Of a stretch of DNA of 64,000 nt, positions 17,388-26,245 are shown in pieces. The stretch covers positions 1,572,528 to 1,636,527 of the forward strand of contig OZ238992.1 in the NCBI GenBank assembly GCA_965183885.1, in the 5' to 3' direction. The position numbers and the translations under genes are program-made. The stretch is from Flavobacteriales bacterium (lineage in GTDB: Bacteria; Bacteroidota; Bacteroidia; Flavobacteriales; BACL11). Position 1 is the stretch's first letter; every line of letters begins with the position of its first letter. Under the pieces are notes generated by a model. The model had not been told where the DNA came from. It ran no database searches and was given only the letters and a program-made list of their open reading frames with translations.

Positions 17388-20138
17388 ATGAGAAAAAATT
17401 TATTCTTATTCTGTATCTTTTTTAGTTTAATAACTAATGCTCAAACTACTGATTGGGTTAAATCATTTGGAGGTACTGCTTCAGATAAAGGTATTTCTAT
17501 TGGTACAGATTCACTTGGATTTATTTATGTAAGTGGTTATTTTAATAATGAGGCTACTTTTGGTACTATTACTTTAACGAATAGCCCTTTAAGTACTTGG
17601 GGAAATAATAAAGAGAATTTTGTTTTTAAAATGGATTCTCTTGGAAATGTTTTGTGGGCTGTTGCAGGTGGAAATTTAGCAGGAGGTTGTTGTGATGATA
17701 GAGCCTTAGGGATGCATGTAACTCCTGGGGGAGATGTTTTTATTACAGGTACATTTTGGTCATCTTATAATATTGGAAGTTGTAGTGTAACTCAAAATGT
17801 ATGGGGAACAGCTTTAAACTCTTCGGATAATTCTCTTTTGGCAAAATTAGATAAAGATGGGAATTGTCAATGGGTAATTGGATTTGGTGCAGATGAAGGA
17901 GCAGGAAGTGGAGCAGATTGTCCTTGGCCTATTTATGATGCTGATGACCATTCCTATGATGTAAAAGTAGATGCTGATGGTTTTATTTATGTTACAGGTT
18001 TCTTTTCAGGACTTAGTGCTGACTTTGATACTCTTACAATTACTAATCCTACTTGGAATACTACTTGTACCCCAATGGGCTATATAGGAAAACTTGATCC
18101 AAATGGAAACTGGATTTGGGTGGATAAGTTTGATGGAATTAAAGATGCTAGAGGCTCAAGAGATAATAGGTTAGCTATTGATCAATTTTCAAATATTTAT
18201 GTAGTAGGTGGTTTTGAAAATACTGGGACCTATGGACCATATTCTATTACCTCAAATGGAGAGTGGGATGCTTTTATCTTTAAGATGGATAAAAATGGAA
18301 ATTGGATTTGGGCTAAGAATGTAGGAAGTAATAAAACAGATAGAGCAAATTCTATTGCTGTTGATGTTTGTGATGATGTTTATATTACTGGAGAATATAG
18401 AAACCCTATGGTGTTTTCTGGAGCAAATGCATCAAATGGAACAGATACATTAAGTCATAAAAAGAAAAGAGATGTATTTGTAGCTAAGATGAATAATAAA
18501 GGAGAATGGAAGTGGGCAAAAAGAGCAAGAAGTACAGGTACAGATAAACCGTATCAAATGTCAGTTGATGCAAATAAACAGGTGTTTTTAGGAGGTACTG
18601 CAGGAGGAGAGATGACATTCTCCAATGGATTAGTAGTTGGACCTCAAATAGCAGGAGATACTACTATGTCCTCTTGGGTAGCACAGTTAGATGGATCAAC
18701 AAATACTGGAGATTGGGTTTGGGCAAAAATGGCAGGATCTAATACAGATGATGATGATAGAACTGGAGACATTTGTCCTGATGGTTTTGGGAATGTATAT
18801 GCTGTAGGGTTTTTTGAGGAATTGGCTAATTTTGATGGTACTATTTTAGATGCTACAGGAAGAAGAAAAGATATATTTGTTTGGAAGATGAGCATGACTC
18901 CTGGGAGTTTTACTTATAATAATTCTTTCGATACTATTTTTGCAGATAGTATGGTGTTTAATCCAGCAGATACAGGGGTTTTTACCACAAGTTCTCTTGT
19001 TTTGGATGGTTGTGATACTACTTTTGTTGATTCAATTATTCATCAAAAATTAGGAGTGCAAATTAATTACAATATTAATAACCCTGGTACAGCTACTATT
19101 ACTATTGATGGTGTAGTGCAAACTATGCCTTATGCTAAAAACTATTGGTTTGGAGAAACTATTAGTATTGCAGCAACTTTGCAGCCCAATTGGTTATTTA
19201 GCCAGTGGAAAACATACTCTAATTCAGTATTACCTAGCTCAAGTAGTATAACAGCTACTTTTATTGCTAATTATTCTGACTCTTGCATTTTCATGACTTA
19301 TCCTAAACCTCCTTTGGAGGCTTTTATTCTTGGAAATGACACATTATGCAGTAATGACCCTAATGATGCTGAGGTTAAGGTATCCTTTAGTGGAGCTTCA
19401 GCCCCTTATACTTTTGTGTATGCTGTTAACGGGATTACTCAGTCAAGTATTACTACATCAATAAACCCTTATGTTATAAAAACAAGGGAAGAGGGTGTAT
19501 ATACTTTAGTTTCTTTTGCAGATGCTTCTTTAACTGGTGCAATATCAGGCTCTGCTCTTGTAACGATAAGGCAAGCTCCAGAAGCACAATTTACAACTGT
19601 TTCTGATACACTAAGTGTTTTGTACCCTGTTATAAAACTAAATGATGTATCTTTAGGGAACATTACAGATTGGACTTGGAATTTTGGAGATAATTCTCCT
19701 GATGATTATATTAAGAATCCTTCTCATACATATGTCGACTCATTAGGGGTTTACCAAATAAGTTTAGTAGTACAGGATAATTTTGGGTGTAGTGATACAA
19801 CCTTTAAACAATTATGGGTAGCTGATAAATATTGGATGTATATTCCAAATAGCTTTACTCCTGATTTAGATGGTAAAAATGATAAGTTCTGCATCTCATA
19901 CAATGGGATTAGAATTGAGACTTTCTACTTTAATGTTTATGATCGATTTTCTAACCTTGTATATACCACGGATGCAGTTAAGGAGCTAGAGTGTTTTTTA
20001 AATCAGAATGGTTGGGATGGAAAGCATTATGAAACAGAAAATGACCTTCCTATGGGAGTTTATATCTACAATATCTATTTTCAAGATTTTGAAGGGTGGA
20101 AACATCAAGAGGTGGGGGAGATATTTATTATTAGATAA
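17388..20138 (+). CDS. T9SS type-B cargo: SBBP-type beta-propeller + Ig-like + PKD + CTD
   Basis: Repeated D..G.IYV.G.F / F..K.D..G...W blades; WNFGD (PKD); IPNSFTPD CTD nearly identical to that of 10424..12406. Confidence 0.88.
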   Translation: MRKNLFLFCIFFSLITNAQTTDWVKSFGGTASDKGISIGTDSLGFIYVSGYFNNEATFGTITLTNSPLSTWGNNKENFVFKMDSLGNVLWAVAGGNLAGGCCDDRALGMHVTPGGDVFITGTFWSSYNIGSCSVTQNVWGTALNSSDNSLLAKLDKDGNCQWVIGFGADEGAGSGADCPWPIYDADDHSYDVKVDADGFIYVTGFFSGLSADFDTLTITNPTWNTTCTPMGYIGKLDPNGNWIWVDKFDGIKDARGSRDNRLAIDQFSNIYVVGGFENTGTYGPYSITSNGEWDAFIFKMDKNGNWIWAKNVGSNKTDRANSIAVDVCDDVYITGEYRNPMVFSGANASNGTDTLSHKKKRDVFVAKMNNKGEWKWAKRARSTGTDKPYQMSVDANKQVFLGGTAGGEMTFSNGLVVGPQIAGDTTMSSWVAQLDGSTNTGDWVWAKMAGSNTDDDDRTGDICPDGFGNVYAVGFFEELANFDGTILDATGRRKDIFVWKMSMTPGSFTYNNSFDTIFADSMVFNPADTGVFTTSSLVLDGCDTTFVDSIIHQKLGVQINYNINNPGTATITIDGVVQTMPYAKNYWFGETISIAATLQPNWLFSQWKTYSNSVLPSSSSITATFIANYSDSCIFMTYPKPPLEAFILGNDTLCSNDPNDAEVKVSFSGASAPYTFVYAVNGITQSSITTSINPYVIKTREEGVYTLVSFADASLTGAISGSALVTIRQAPEAQFTTVSDTLSVLYPVIKLNDVSLGNITDWTWNFGDNSPDDYIKNPSHTYVDSLGVYQISLVVQDNFGCSDTTFKQLWVADKYWMYIPNSFTPDLDGKNDKFCISYNGIRIETFYFNVYDRFSNLVYTTDAVKELECFLNQNGWDGKHYETENDLPMGVYIYNIYFQDFEGWKHQEVGEIFIIR
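19736..19933 (+). repeat. 198-bp inverted repeat, copy 2 (partner 10629-10826)
   Basis: 172 bp perfect, 1 mismatch, 25 bp perfect. Confidence 0.93.
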
Positions 20139-20154
20139 GCTTTTGATCTATTCT

Positions 20155-21621
20155 CTAATTCCTTTTCCAGAAGTAAGGAGTGAATAAAATGGCAATTGTA
20201 AAGAGTTCTAATCTTCCTAGTATCATAAGAAAACTAAGTACCCACTTTGCAGCATCAGGTAGGTGAGCAAAAGATGCTGCTGGGTTAATACTTCCAATAC
20301 CAGGTCCTACATTACTCACAGCTGTAATAGATGCAGAAATAGCATCCTTAAAGTCTAAGCCGATAAAGGTAAGAGCTATACTTCCGCTTACAAAAACAAA
20401 AAGATAAAAGAAAACAAAAGCTAATAGGTTATAAATAGTTTTTGGAGCAACCCCGTCACCATTTAGCTGTACAGGTATAATTGCTGATGGGTGTAAACGT
20501 CTTTTAAATTCTAAAAATCCATTTTTCATAAGTAGGGTAATTCGTACTAGCTTCATTCCTCCTGAAGTGGATCCAGCACTAGCTCCACTAAAAAGAAGCA
20601 AGAAAAAGATAAAGCTTGCTACTGCTCCCCATTCAGTATAGTTTGCACTTGCATAACCTGTTGTTGTTATAATACTTATTACTTGAAAAAGGGCTGTTCT
20701 TATAGCATTCTCTATTGGTGTGTTGGTAGATACTATTATCATAGGTGTTACAACAACAGTAAGTAGTATAACCGCTAATATATACCAGTTAAACTCATCA
20801 TTATTCCAGAATTTTTTGAATTTTAATTTACTTCCATAATATAGTAACGTAAAATTAGTTCCTGCTAAAAACATAAATAGGATAATGATATACTGTATGA
20901 GTGGAGATGTAAAGTGCCCTATACTTGCTTGTTTGGTTGAGAACCCTCCAGTACTCATAGTAGTTAAGGCATGGTTAATTGCATCAAAGAATGGCATGTT
21001 AGCAAGCCAAAGTAAAAGAGTTTGAACTAAGGTTAGACTGGCGTAGATAAGCCAGAGACGTTTTGCAGTTTCCTTAATTCTAGGATGAATTTTATCCTTG
21101 GTTGGTCCTGGAGCTTCTGAAGCAAATAACTCCATTCCTCCAACTCCTAATAAAGGGAGTATGGCAATAGTAAGTACAATAATTCCCATACCTCCAATCC
21201 ATTGCGTCATACTTCTCCAAAATAATATGCTCGCAGGCATCTGCTCTATATTATTTAGTATTGAAGATCCTGTTGTAGTTAACCCTGATACGGTCTCAAA
21301 AAAAGCATTAGTAACAGAGCTAAATGTTCCACTTAATAGGTAGGGAATAGCACTGCAAATTATCATTGCTGTCCACCCTAGTGCAACTATAAGATAACCT
21401 TCTCTCTTTTTTACCTCATCGTCTTTTTTCTTTCGGGTTAAGTATTTGGTAATTACACCTGTAATTAAAGTAATAACTGTAGCGTTAATAAAGACTCCTT
21501 GCATGCCATCATTATAGTAAAAACTAAAAGGTATAGCTAATGCCATTAAAAACCCAGTAATGATAATAAGTGTACCTACAACATTTAAAACTACTGATTT
21601 ATTGATGAGTTTTTTTGCCAT
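20155..21621 (-). CDS. trkH: Trk potassium uptake membrane protein TrkH
   Basis: FFETVSGLTTTG, QWIGGMGI, STGGFS, TTTGY, AGSTSGG.K, NVGPG, GRLE. Confidence 0.95.
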   Translation of the reverse strand: MAKKLINKSVVLNVVGTLIIITGFLMALAIPFSFYYNDGMQGVFINATVITLITGVITKYLTRKKKDDEVKKREGYLIVALGWTAMIICSAIPYLLSGTFSSVTNAFFETVSGLTTTGSSILNNIEQMPASILFWRSMTQWIGGMGIIVLTIAILPLLGVGGMELFASEAPGPTKDKIHPRIKETAKRLWLIYASLTLVQTLLLWLANMPFFDAINHALTTMSTGGFSTKQASIGHFTSPLIQYIIILFMFLAGTNFTLLYYGSKLKFKKFWNNDEFNWYILAVILLTVVVTPMIIVSTNTPIENAIRTALFQVISIITTTGYASANYTEWGAVASFIFFLLLFSGASAGSTSGGMKLVRITLLMKNGFLEFKRRLHPSAIIPVQLNGDGVAPKTIYNLLAFVFFYLFVFVSGSIALTFIGLDFKDAISASITAVSNVGPGIGSINPAASFAHLPDAAKWVLSFLMILGRLELFTIAILFTPYFWKRN

Positions 21622-21624
21622 TAT

Positions 21625-22962
21625 TTACTGAAAGAATTTTTCAATTTTATGTATGGTTTTATCATTTGTAAAAATGATAGCTTTATCTCCTTCTGAAAGT
21701 TGAAACTCTCCAAAAGGAATAAAGCTTCTATTATCCCTTACAACTCCTGCAATATTTACCATTCCAGGTAGTTTTAGGTCTTTTAAAGGTTTAAGCGTTA
21801 TTTTGCTGCCAGCTTTTACTGTAAATTCAATTACTTCAGCTTCAAGGTTAAGGGTTGCTACTGCATTTACTTCTCCTTTTCTTATATATTTTAAAATATC
21901 ATTAGCAGCAATAACTTTTTTATTGATTAAAGTATCAATACCAATATTGTGTGATAGTTTAATATAATCAATGTTTTCAACCCCAGCAATTGTTTTACGG
22001 ACACTATGCGATCTTGCTACTAAGGAAGAGATGATATTGGTTTCAGAATCTCCAGTAACAGCTATAAAGGCATCCATATCATCTATGTTTAAGTCTTCAA
22101 GAAGCGATACGTCAGTACCATCACCATTTATTACTAAGGTCTTTTTTAGTTGTAAAGCTATATGATTTGCTTTTTCTTCATTTTGTTCAATTAGCGTAAC
22201 ATTATAATTGCTTTCTAATCGTTCGGCAGTTAGTACACCTATTTTACTTGCTCCTAGAATCATAACATCCTTAATGTCAAAATCTTCTTGCCCACATATA
22301 AGAGGAACTTCTTCGTAGCCTTGAGGTGTAGAAATAAAATAAACAATATCACTCTCTGTAAATTTAGTATTTGCCTGAACCATTATAGTTTCATTATTTC
22401 TTAAAATACAGATAGGCTTAAAGGAAAGGTTATTGTTGAAGTGCTCTGAGTTAAGAACCGTGCGCCCAAGTAATGGAGAATTCTTGGTTAGCTGTATGCT
22501 AAATACGGAGAGTTTCCCTCCTTCAAAATCATAGTTATCTAAAAAAGCTTCGTGTTTTATAAGTTGATGAATCTCTTTAGCGGCAATTTCTACAGGAGAT
22601 ATTACATGGTCAACTCCAATTTCTTGGTAGAGCACACGCATATCACTTCCTATTTCTTCAAAGTTACTGATACGGCTAATAGTTCTTTTTGCACCTAATT
22701 TTTTTCCTAAAATACAGATAAGAAGATTGGTTTCTTCGGATGATGTAGCTGCTATTAGTAAATCGCATGAGGATACGCCGGCTTCTATTAATATATCAAC
22801 ATCTTTAGCATCACCTTGTAGACCTATGATGTCATTATGTTGTTGAGCTTTATCTAATTGTTTTTTATTATTATCAATTAGATAGGTGTCTTGAGCCTCA
22901 TTTGCAAGCATGTGTGCTAGGTATGATCCTACTTCTCCAGCACCTGCAATAATAATCTTCAT
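21625..22962 (-). CDS. trkA: Trk potassium uptake regulatory subunit TrkA
   Basis: MKIIIAGAGEVG; two RCK N/C pairs; directly upstream of trkH. Confidence 0.95.
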   Translation of the reverse strand: MKIIIAGAGEVGSYLAHMLANEAQDTYLIDNNKKQLDKAQQHNDIIGLQGDAKDVDILIEAGVSSCDLLIAATSSEETNLLICILGKKLGAKRTISRISNFEEIGSDMRVLYQEIGVDHVISPVEIAAKEIHQLIKHEAFLDNYDFEGGKLSVFSIQLTKNSPLLGRTVLNSEHFNNNLSFKPICILRNNETIMVQANTKFTESDIVYFISTPQGYEEVPLICGQEDFDIKDVMILGASKIGVLTAERLESNYNVTLIEQNEEKANHIALQLKKTLVINGDGTDVSLLEDLNIDDMDAFIAVTGDSETNIISSLVARSHSVRKTIAGVENIDYIKLSHNIGIDTLINKKVIAANDILKYIRKGEVNAVATLNLEAEVIEFTVKAGSKITLKPLKDLKLPGMVNIAGVVRDNRSFIPFGEFQLSEGDKAIIFTNDKTIHKIEKFFQ

Positions 22963-23122
22963 CTTTGAAAAATTTTAGCAAAGCTAAGTGTTTTTTAGGT
23001 AACAGAATAGATTTACTAGATTTTTCACTATAATTTGCTTTATTGTTAATAAAATAAGGAAGGTTTAATATTTACTTTTTAGATTATTCTTAGCTTAGTA
23101 GTTCTTTTCAAATGGATATTAA

Positions 23123-26100
23123 GTGACTCAGAATTTTCAAATTTTTCGTTCCTCAGCAGGCTCAGGTAAAACCTATACACTCTCATTGAGTTATATTGCT
23201 TTGGCAATAAAAGGAGGGCGTTATGGTTATGAAGATTATTATCGAAAAATTTTAGCAATTACTTTTACGAATAAGGCAGCATCAGAAATGAAGGAGCGTG
23301 TCTTGGAATATTTGGATTGTTTAGCAAAAAAACAAGATAAAGATGGCGTGCTTGATTGGTTAAAAAAAGAAACAAATTTTGAACAAGAAGTTATTTTTAG
23401 TAGAGCAAAGTCAATTCATAATCATATTTTACACCATTATGCTGATTTAGGAATTTCAACTATTGATAAATTTACCTATAAAATTGTTCGCACCTTTGCT
23501 GCTGATTTAGGTTTGTCACACAATTTTAATCTAGAGATGGATAATTATAAAGTTATTCAGCCTGTAGTTGCTTTGTTATTATCAAAAATATCAGCAACAG
23601 GAGGGGACTTGTCAGATGCTTTAGTACATTTTGCAATGCAAAAAGCAGAGGATGGTAATAGTATAAATATTGAAAAAGATTTAGAGAATTTTTCAAAGCA
23701 GTTATTTAAAGAGGAGGTTAGTAAGTATGTAGATGTTAAGCAGCTTACTGTGAAAGAATGCATGCAGGTTAAAAAAGATTTACAAAACCAAAAGAAGAGC
23801 TGTAAGCAAAGGATAGATGGCTTAGCAGAAGAGGTTACCACTTATTTTATTGTAAATGATTTAACAAAAGAACATTTTTTAAGAGGTACATATTTTAAGC
23901 ACTTTACACTTAACTTAGGGTATCAGCAATATAAAAAATGGAAACCTTCGGATTCACTTAGGAAAAACATAGCTAATGATGAATGGTACGCTAAAGGAAA
24001 AAGTAGTGAAATAAAAAACCTAGTAGATGCTTTAAAACCTCAATTGCTTCAGTTTTATGATGATTTAATGGTTTTACTTGTAGAGTATAACTCGATACAA
24101 GCTGTACTTAAAAATATTTACTCAATTGCAGTGCTTAATGAGTTAATGACCGAGGTTAAGGCTTTTAAAAAGGAGAATAATATTGAGCAAATATCGGAGT
24201 TTAATAAGAAAATACATTCGGTAGTAATAAAACAACCTTCTTCCTTTATTTATGAACGCTTAGGTGAACGTTATAATCATTACTTAATTGATGAATTTCA
24301 GGATACATCACTTTTACAGTGGCAGAATATTTTGCCATTAATTACAGATTCATTGGATTATGGAAAAAGTATGTTGGTTGGTGATGGAAAACAATCTATT
24401 TATAGATGGAGAGGTGGAGAAGTAGAGCAATTTTTTCAGTTGCCTAAAATTTATAAAGGTGATGAGCTTTTATTTAAAAAAGATTGGGAATCAAAATTAG
24501 ATTCTCATTATACTCCCAACAACCTAGCAAGTAATTTTAGAAGTAGGAAAAACATTATTAATTTTAACAATCAGTTTTTTGAAAATATAAAGAGTTTGTT
24601 ATCTGATGATATCATTGGTATTTATGATAAGCAAGAGCAGACTACTGCTTATGCAAAAGAAGGAGGCTATGTTCATATAGAACTTTGTGGAGATAAAGAA
24701 AATGATTTTAAGGAAGTGATTTTGGAAAGAATGACTGAAGAGATAAAGAAAATTACTGAAGAGAATAATTATTCTTATAATGATATCGCTATTCTATGTG
24801 ATAGTAGAAAAAGGGTAGCATTAGTTGCGGAATATTTGTCAGCAGCTCAAATTCCTGTAATTTCAAATGAAGGTTTATTATTAAGTAAATCTAAGAAAGT
24901 AATTGCATTGGTAGCAATGCTTAAATATTTGCAAAACCCAATGAATACAATAGCAAAATCAGTTATTGTAGATTATTTATTTAAAGTGCAATTAATAGAT
25001 GAAAACCTGCATCAACTTTATTTAGAGATTAAAACTAATGAAGGTTTTATAAGATTACTTGAGCGAGGGGGTATTTATATAAATCCTAAAAAACTTTTAC
25101 AAGAGTCGCTTTATGAAATGGTAGAACAACTTATTAGAGCTTTTAATTTTAAAGAAGATATTTATTTAGGTTTTTATTTAGATTTAGTGCTTGCTTATTC
25201 TGAGAAGAATGGAAGTAGTCTTAGTGAGTTTTTACTCTGGTGGGAAGATAAAAAAGAGACTGAGGCTATTGTGATTCCTGAAGGAGCAAATGCAGTGCAA
25301 TTAATGACAATTCATAAATCCAAAGGTCTTGCTTTTAATGTTGTAATGATTCCTTTTAATTGGGAGGGAGGTAAAAAAGGAAATGAAATTTGGGTTGACA
25401 CTTCTTCTTATTTTACAAAAAAGTTGCCATCAGCATTAATTAATGCTAATTCGGATTTAGAATTTTCATACTTTAGTGAGAAGTATAAAAAGGAAAAAGA
25501 ATTGTCGCTATTAGATAATTTGAATAAACTATATGTTGCAATGACAAGGCCTAAGGAACGCTTATATGTTTATGCAAAGCATTTTCCGGATAAAATTACT
25601 AATGCTTTTGTAGAAAAAGGTTATCTGAATTCATTCTTATATAAATATGATACTGACTTTCCTATTATAGTTGGTGATGCTGAACTTATGCATCAGAAAA
25701 AAGATAAACAGCTAAATGTTTTTACAACAAAACCAAAAAATAAATTAGATTGGCGTGATGTAATTTCTTTAAAGCATAGTGCTGAGCAAATATGGGATTT
25801 AGAAACTACAACTGCTAAAAGGGATTGGGGAATACTTTTGCATGCTGCTTTAGAACAAATTCATTATACACATCAAAAACAAAAAGTATTGGATGGGATG
25901 TATAAAGCAGGGAAGTGTGAGAAAGAGGATTATGAAAGGTTGATAGTTACAATAGATAATTTACTTGCTAATGAAAAAATGGGTGTTTATTTTTCAGATG
26001 ATTGGGAAGTGAAAACAGAAAAAGAAATATTAATGACAAACGGTAAAACATATATTCCTGATCGCTTGTTGTTCTCAAAAAATACTGATGCTGTGGTGGT

Positions 26101-26245
26101 GGTTGATTATAAAACAGGAATAGAAAAGCCTCAGCATGAAATTCAGATAACAGATTATGCTAGTGCTTTGCAGGAGATGGGATACAAGCATATTAAAAGA
26201 GTTCTTATTTATATAAACGATACGCTAAAGATAAAAGAGTTATGA
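23123..26245 (+). CDS. UvrD/AddA-like helicase-nuclease
   Basis: SSAGSGKT, LAITFTNKAA.EMKER, IDEFQDTS, VGDGKQSIYRWRGG, MTIHKSKGL, LYVAMTR; C-terminal PDR..VDYKTG nuclease. Confidence 0.92.
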   Translation: MTQNFQIFRSSAGSGKTYTLSLSYIALAIKGGRYGYEDYYRKILAITFTNKAASEMKERVLEYLDCLAKKQDKDGVLDWLKKETNFEQEVIFSRAKSIHNHILHHYADLGISTIDKFTYKIVRTFAADLGLSHNFNLEMDNYKVIQPVVALLLSKISATGGDLSDALVHFAMQKAEDGNSINIEKDLENFSKQLFKEEVSKYVDVKQLTVKECMQVKKDLQNQKKSCKQRIDGLAEEVTTYFIVNDLTKEHFLRGTYFKHFTLNLGYQQYKKWKPSDSLRKNIANDEWYAKGKSSEIKNLVDALKPQLLQFYDDLMVLLVEYNSIQAVLKNIYSIAVLNELMTEVKAFKKENNIEQISEFNKKIHSVVIKQPSSFIYERLGERYNHYLIDEFQDTSLLQWQNILPLITDSLDYGKSMLVGDGKQSIYRWRGGEVEQFFQLPKIYKGDELLFKKDWESKLDSHYTPNNLASNFRSRKNIINFNNQFFENIKSLLSDDIIGIYDKQEQTTAYAKEGGYVHIELCGDKENDFKEVILERMTEEIKKITEENNYSYNDIAILCDSRKRVALVAEYLSAAQIPVISNEGLLLSKSKKVIALVAMLKYLQNPMNTIAKSVIVDYLFKVQLIDENLHQLYLEIKTNEGFIRLLERGGIYINPKKLLQESLYEMVEQLIRAFNFKEDIYLGFYLDLVLAYSEKNGSSLSEFLLWWEDKKETEAIVIPEGANAVQLMTIHKSKGLAFNVVMIPFNWEGGKKGNEIWVDTSSYFTKKLPSALINANSDLEFSYFSEKYKKEKELSLLDNLNKLYVAMTRPKERLYVYAKHFPDKITNAFVEKGYLNSFLYKYDTDFPIIVGDAELMHQKKDKQLNVFTTKPKNKLDWRDVISLKHSAEQIWDLETTTAKRDWGILLHAALEQIHYTHQKQKVLDGMYKAGKCEKEDYERLIVTIDNLLANEKMGVYFSDDWEVKTEKEILMTNGKTYIPDRLLFSKNTDAVVVVDYKTGIEKPQHEIQITDYASALQEMGYKHIKRVLIYINDTLKIKEL

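Noticed and set aside
10629-19933. Near-identical repeats read as a diversity-generating retroelement TR/VR pair
   Set aside because: No reverse transcriptase in the window, both copies lie in intact CDSs, and there is a single mismatch rather than many adenine-specific substitutions.
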